Under the pieces are notes generated by a model. The model worked only from the letters and a program-made list of their open reading frames with translations, was not told the DNA's origin and did not search any database. A DNA stretch of 64,000 nucleotides. Origin: a virus. Below, piece by piece: positions 60,101-64,000 of this stretch (position 1 is the stretch's first letter; every line of letters starts with the position of its first letter). Location: the IMG/VR virus record IMGVR_UViG_3300042291_000666, positions 54,326 through 118,325 of that record. The stretch is one strand, 5' to 3'. Made by a program: the position numbers and the translations under genes.

Positions 60101-62915
60101 AAATAAAGATTTACAAAGTCTTTATGACTTTATGTTAGAGTATGATAAAGATGGTCTTTTCTCAGGCTTTTATACACAAAAAATTGGTGTACAATATAAA
60201 AATATTCAAGAATCATTAAGAAGTAAACTTTATGATTCAGCTGGTCAACCTTATACATATAGAGATGTTACTGATTTAAGTACAGCAAAACCTGAAGATA
60301 TTCAATATAACATTGATTTGGCTAAAAACAAAGCTGCTTTTAGTAAATTCTTTGAAGCTGAAACTGTAGCTGAAGATGGTACTATAACCACTGGTGAGTT
60401 TCATAAATATACTCAAGAATTTATTGATGCTAGAAATAGATTTGAAACACCAACTATATATAATAATAAACAAGGTGTTTTTTGGACAAGAAAAAAGAAT
60501 ATATCTGAAAGAGATTGGAGTATTTATCAAAATAAATATTATGACTTTGTTGATTATACACAAGCATTAAAAGTTAATGGTGAACCAACCGGTGTAATAA
60601 ATACAAAAAAGACGGGTGCTTTTCCAAAAGTTCAATTTAGAGAAGCGTTAGAAATAACCAATCCTAAAGAAGGAGAACCTCAAGACATGCGTAGTGAAAA
60701 GTATAGAGCATTAATGGATCCAAATAAAACAGATGCATTAAGTGTTGCTCAAAGAGATTTTTACAACATGTTCATAAAATACTATGAAAAAGAATTATTA
60801 AATAAATTACCACAAGGAATTAGGAATCAAATGATGGGCCGTGTTCCTGTGATTAAAAATAATATTTTAGATACATTAAAAGGTCAACCAAATGTTGTTA
60901 CTAAAATGTATGCTGATATGGTTAGAGGTGTTAAAAACTTTACACAAGATACAGCAACTCAAAAGAATGTTGCGTTTGATGAAAATGGTAATTTTGTTAA
61001 TGCTCTTCCTGTTTTTTATACTGGTAAATTAAGAATTGATGGTGAACTTAAAGAGATTGAAGCAGAAATAACAGCATTAAAAGATGAACATAGAAAAGGT
61101 ACAATTGGACCAGAAGCTTTTAAGAAAAAATTAGCTTTGCTTAATGGAACAGCAGCACAACTTAGAGCTCAACCATCAGTAGGTGAACTTAATAAAGATA
61201 TGACTTCAGGTTTACTTAAGTTTAGTGCAATGGCTGAACATTATGAAGTAATGGGTGAAATTGAAGATACCCTTACTGCCATGGTAGAGGTTATTGAAAA
61301 AAGAAAATATACACCAGCTGATGCTGCAATAAGTTTAGGTACTACAATTGACAACAAATTTAAAAAAGCAGGAACAATTAAAGGTGCTGATTCAAATGCC
61401 TTAAAAAGAGCTAAGAAATACATGTCAATGATTTATTATGACAATGAACTTGTTTCTAAAAAAATGGTTGATAAATTAGCGGATGAACTTATAGGTATGT
61501 CTTCATTAGCTTATGTAGCATTTAACCCATTTGGTAACCTTAATAACTATGTTATGGGTAGAATCAATAATGGTATTGAGGTTTTGGGTAGTAGATATTT
61601 TTCTAAACAATCTTATGTAAGAGCAACCAGAGAATATAATACTGAGGGTGTTAAAGGATTGTTAGATAGAGTTTCTGCTGGTGCAGTTGATTTAGCTGAC
61701 ATAGCTACAGCAGGAAAAGCAGGTATAAAGAAAGCAGATTATGATTCAGATCTACCCAACAATAAATATGAAGCTTTAGTAAGTTTTATGAGAATGATGG
61801 ATAAAGCGTCTGATATACGTCAGACTACTTCTGAATTTGATAGCAGATCTGTTTGGTCAAGATTTAAAGAATGGGGTTATGTGATGCAAGATGCCGCTGA
61901 ATATAATGTTCAATCTAAAGTTGGTATGGCAATACTTATAGATACTACAATTAAAAATAGTAAAACTGGTGAAACATTATCTCTTTATGATGCATTTCAA
62001 TATAATTCTGAAACACATAAGGTTGAATTAATAGATGGGTATGATACTATTGTAACTAAAAGTGGAACAGAAAAACCATATACTGATCAATTTAGATATG
62101 ATTTAAGAAATGAAATCAGAGAGGTTAACAAACAAATCCACGGTAACTACGCTGCAGAAGACAGAATGGTTTTACAAAGTCATACTTTAGGTAATTTAGC
62201 AACACAGTTTCACAAGTGGGTAGCTCCTGCAATTAGAGCTAGATTTAGAAGAGAATACTTTGATCAAAACTTAGGTTGGTTAGAAGGCCGTTATAGATCT
62301 TGGTGGAAGTTTATGGGTCATGTTAAACGTGAAATGGTAAGAGGTAACATTAGTGTGAATCCTGCTAACTATAATGAGAGCTTTAAAGAAGCTTATGGTT
62401 TTACCGGTGAAGGTGGAAACATAGATCAAAAGGCTGAAGATAAACTTAGAGGTTTTTACAGAACTACAGGTGAACTTGGTATTATGTTAAGTGTTGTTGT
62501 ATTAAATGCACTATTAGCTGGTATACTTGCTAATGATGATGATGATGAAGAGTTAACTAAAAGATTGAAAAATGTTATAAGACTACAAGGAGATAGAACA
62601 TACAAGGAGATGGTTTTATATACACCAACACCAACTGGTCTTCAACAACAATATCAATTAATTAAAACTCCAATTGCAACTGCAAGAACAATAGGTGAAT
62701 TAGGTGAAGCATTAAACTTAACTCTTCAAACACCAATTGCAAGATTGTATCTAAGCAAAGAAGAATTTTATGCAGATAAGGATTATGTATATCAAAACAA
62801 ACCTAACAAAGGTCAATTAAAGTTATACAAAAACTGGGCTGACGTTGTTCCTATTTTATATTCAATACAGAAATGGGAGAATATGATTAAAGCACAAGAC
62901 TTCTATATCAAGTAA
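57123..62915 (+). CDS. Large cargo protein with degenerate zincin, PD-(D/E)xK nuclease-like domain and C-terminal hydrophobic helix
   Basis: 1930 aa with EEMLHPF, IAGTADLVIID...IVDLKTS...QVNLY (from 58719) and GIMLSVVVLNALLAGILA near the C-terminus. Confidence 0.75.
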   Translation: MARCPNKNAPEYKALQEVYKSEIATNNIINTWQDANNTDVFPTVVEAKQFAQNNKVAFALKQKSFAESLLNNLRNKKLIHSEFGLNLINASDPNVFYTERVADSAVVEDNKRKIEQYLKTNNIPLDAISIIKTDKTYKIIVDQNVFTPKDLLPSSRAWDTPRARAVVMHLMRMFPEVKVKMLSPTEAEALYNTIPKSDKSKVNFKNVNSFYYKNVAYLVKGRVTDETAIEEMLHPFIDAIKLDNPQLFNGLLTEAKANFPEMVQSITEAYNANRNFSQLERDLEIVTQALSRHFNNEYETTPTKKFLDKIKEALEWFAKVINNLNEYITGKPLTVKAINNNTTFTDIAKLLNTEGISFNLGTSSNGKVRYSLSPAKQKIVNTVLATANPIQTQIIKNLFHVATNSKQEIDSLSVNISDTKSANTIVVLNEEDHTYVDITNRDIYKSATTAIKGQLKNQEEVQLNLVVGNEVDALLDSLVSNESFEEAFLKMKLLTKEQAEKVFNMLQDQLTQLKPLNSVAISQVVVFDEATRIAGTADLVIIDEYGRIRIVDLKTSKSSIKDMFSKTVKQNNIPQKLSGTRYEMQEYDLNEDSFVLDKNGKPVLDADGNPIVEFLGSDLKKLYGIEKLSTRGQHGLQVNLYRRMFENMGYTVYEGDEGAVTIHIRADITGKGKDQVFNGTFEIDGKVEHPLLINHKPSENLLYVNMLIPSVEILDKSISAAEDAIYRGSEDIEAMEQLADTVEAQQYSEYNTITTALENYALALVEQDKALDKLKNNVFRDKTKEQTRDDIASTLAYIASNINTGPIARSQTYTQLLRSSLNQMQKFREYVENPDNVSKPEYITYVLNFERFLSTFNALYAIKDSKELNATQRTLVLQMQLEHNKLVGPDKSEGLINDAIINYVKETIRLRSSNDWGGKGSAFTQDMLDDLMVMAPDIAMDALNAQDMATQKDPILAVMDKIYKSQKQKLLDRIEEREYSIRNAGNTLLKLSANKDLQSLYDFMLEYDKDGLFSGFYTQKIGVQYKNIQESLRSKLYDSAGQPYTYRDVTDLSTAKPEDIQYNIDLAKNKAAFSKFFEAETVAEDGTITTGEFHKYTQEFIDARNRFETPTIYNNKQGVFWTRKKNISERDWSIYQNKYYDFVDYTQALKVNGEPTGVINTKKTGAFPKVQFREALEITNPKEGEPQDMRSEKYRALMDPNKTDALSVAQRDFYNMFIKYYEKELLNKLPQGIRNQMMGRVPVIKNNILDTLKGQPNVVTKMYADMVRGVKNFTQDTATQKNVAFDENGNFVNALPVFYTGKLRIDGELKEIEAEITALKDEHRKGTIGPEAFKKKLALLNGTAAQLRAQPSVGELNKDMTSGLLKFSAMAEHYEVMGEIEDTLTAMVEVIEKRKYTPADAAISLGTTIDNKFKKAGTIKGADSNALKRAKKYMSMIYYDNELVSKKMVDKLADELIGMSSLAYVAFNPFGNLNNYVMGRINNGIEVLGSRYFSKQSYVRATREYNTEGVKGLLDRVSAGAVDLADIATAGKAGIKKADYDSDLPNNKYEALVSFMRMMDKASDIRQTTSEFDSRSVWSRFKEWGYVMQDAAEYNVQSKVGMAILIDTTIKNSKTGETLSLYDAFQYNSETHKVELIDGYDTIVTKSGTEKPYTDQFRYDLRNEIREVNKQIHGNYAAEDRMVLQSHTLGNLATQFHKWVAPAIRARFRREYFDQNLGWLEGRYRSWWKFMGHVKREMVRGNISVNPANYNESFKEAYGFTGEGGNIDQKAEDKLRGFYRTTGELGIMLSVVVLNALLAGILANDDDDEELTKRLKNVIRLQGDRTYKEMVLYTPTPTGLQQQYQLIKTPIATARTIGELGEALNLTLQTPIARLYLSKEEFYADKDYVYQNKPNKGQLKLYKNWADVVPILYSIQKWENMIKAQDFYIK

Positions 62916-62944
62916 TTATATGCAATTGCATATTGCAATACGCA

Positions 62945-62957
62945 ATATAGCTAACGC
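62945..62957 (-). repeat. Inverted copy of the 13-mer GCGTTAGCTATAT at 1962-1974
   Basis: ATATAGCTAACGC (62945-57) is the exact reverse complement of 1962-1974. The match is 15/16 over 1959-74 versus 62945-60. Confidence 0.7.
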
Positions 62958-62989
62958 AAAACACTATATGTAGAAACATATAATGAATG

Positions 62990-63034
62990 AAAAAGCCATC
63001 ATTAAACCCTAAAAAAGGACTTAGTGATGGCTTT
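62990..63034. terminator. Terminator between convergent modules (best U-tract on the - strand)
   Basis: AAAGCCATCATTAA (62992-63005) / TTAGTGATGGCTTT (63021-34), a 14-bp stem between two converging genes. Confidence 0.7.
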
Positions 63035-63107
63035 AACATACATTATTAGGTTTGTTTTTATACTGTGAGTATAAATATTTTCTATAAACTAAACCTATAG
63101 GTTGATT

Positions 63108-63998
63108 TTATCCTTCACAACTTGCACAATCTAGAATATTTCTGGCAAATTCTTGAGCTGAACTTTGACTAAATTGATAGTACAAAGTTTTAACTCCTTC
63201 CTCATGCGCGTATAAATACAATTGATTAATATCTTTAGCTGGAACAGATGGGTGAATCATTAAGTTAAGTGACTGAGACTGATCAATAAACTTTTGTCTT
63301 TGAGCTGCCTGCAAGATTAACTCTTTAGGGGTGATCTCAATGAATGACTTGAATACTGCTTTTGTAGGAAAATCTAAGTGTTGAACTGAGCCATCCTTTT
63401 TCAAGATGCTTTTCCATACTTCCGGGGTATTCATACCATACTTATCTAACTCACACTCTAAGAAAGGATTCTTATAGATAGTCTTAGACTTGGCCAGATC
63501 TTTAATAAAGTAATTTGATTTGATTGGTTCAATTCCCATACTCACTTGTCCCAAGATGAATGAGCTTGATTTAGTAGGAGCAATTGCAATTAATGTTGAA
63601 TTAGCATAACCTTTTCTAATTGACTCAACACCTTTAGAATCATGCAACCATTTGGAGGCTGCCTCACTTTTATCTTTAAGTGCTTTAAAGATCTGAGAGT
63701 TTAACATCTTAGCTTCCAAGGAATCAAACTCAATCAATTTAGATTGAAACAGGGAATGGTATCCTAGTACACCTAAACCAATTGCTCTATGTTGACTTGC
63801 AAATCTATATGCTCTCTTCATACCGGGCATTACAGCAGACTTCTTAATGAACTCATCCATCACAGCATTTAAAAATAATGTGTAAGTTTCAATAGCGTCT
63901 GTGTTTTTCATCTCTTCCCAGTGCAGCAGGTTGATAGATCCTAAGCAACAAACAAATGAATTAAATGAATCTGTTGGCAACTGAATCTCAGAACATAA
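63108..63998 (-). CDS. nrdA: Ribonucleotide reductase class Ia alpha subunit, 5'-truncated
   Basis: Frame is open to the window edge and reads LCSEI (catalytic NLCxEI), then VCCLGSINL, AIAPTKSSS, QKFIDQSQS, KTLYY and C-terminal CASC. Confidence 0.93.
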   Translation of the reverse strand, partial: LCSEIQLPTDSFNSFVCCLGSINLLHWEEMKNTDAIETYTLFLNAVMDEFIKKSAVMPGMKRAYRFASQHRAIGLGVLGYHSLFQSKLIEFDSLEAKMLNSQIFKALKDKSEAASKWLHDSKGVESIRKGYANSTLIAIAPTKSSSFILGQVSMGIEPIKSNYFIKDLAKSKTIYKNPFLECELDKYGMNTPEVWKSILKKDGSVQHLDFPTKAVFKSFIEITPKELILQAAQRQKFIDQSQSLNLMIHPSVPAKDINQLYLYAHEEGVKTLYYQFSQSSAQEFARNILDCASCEG

Positions 63999-64000
63999 AT

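Noticed and set aside
473-61423. Many short ORFs (60-130 aa) on the - strand or in alternative + frames in the ORF track
   Set aside because: All are nested in or largely overlap long + strand genes. They are shadow ORFs of biased codon usage with no recognisable motifs.
1-64000. CRISPR arrays, tRNAs, IS elements, integrase, DGR, introns or inteins
   Set aside because: No spaced direct repeats, cloverleafs, transposase, recombinase or RT motifs, or Hint signatures were seen. Intergenic gaps are short and the MCP, RNAP and NrdA frames are uninterrupted.
1-64000. Alternative genetic code as in some Crassvirales
   Set aside because: Code 11 already gives near-complete coding density with ORFs up to 4502 aa.

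Overview
AT-rich window (roughly 30% GC by eye) from a lytic crAss-like phage (Crassvirales-type podovirus). A Bacteroidota host is likely, judging from the A-rich, Shine-Dalgarno-less leaders and TAnnTTTG-like promoters. The + strand carries one co-oriented virion module: portal (5'-truncated), scaffold-like protein, major capsid protein, conserved head/ring genes, a ferritin-like protein, tail hub/fibre/chaperone genes, a metallophosphoesterase, an IHF-like protein, two ring proteins, a 2032-aa muzzle/tail-stabilisation protein and six cargo (ejection) proteins. The cargo set includes a 4502-aa virion RNA polymerase (DFDID motif) and a 1930-aa PD-(D/E)xK-containing protein. A class Ia ribonucleotide reductase alpha gene (5'-truncated) converges on the - strand. 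Most notable observations: (1) near-total avoidance of CGA/TCG, enforced at synonymous sites; (2) cargo proteins built from enzyme modules (ART-like, LysM, L,D-transpeptidase, two lysozyme-like) separated by about 19 copies of an xxxGG/G(K/Q)E motif, suggesting polyprotein processing; (3) a GC-rich ~140-nt structured RNA right after the capsid gene; (4) a 3' hairpin whose loop is antisense to a gene leader; (5) a 13-bp inverted repeat bracketing the 61-kb module. All product calls come from motifs and synteny read by eye; no database searches were run.
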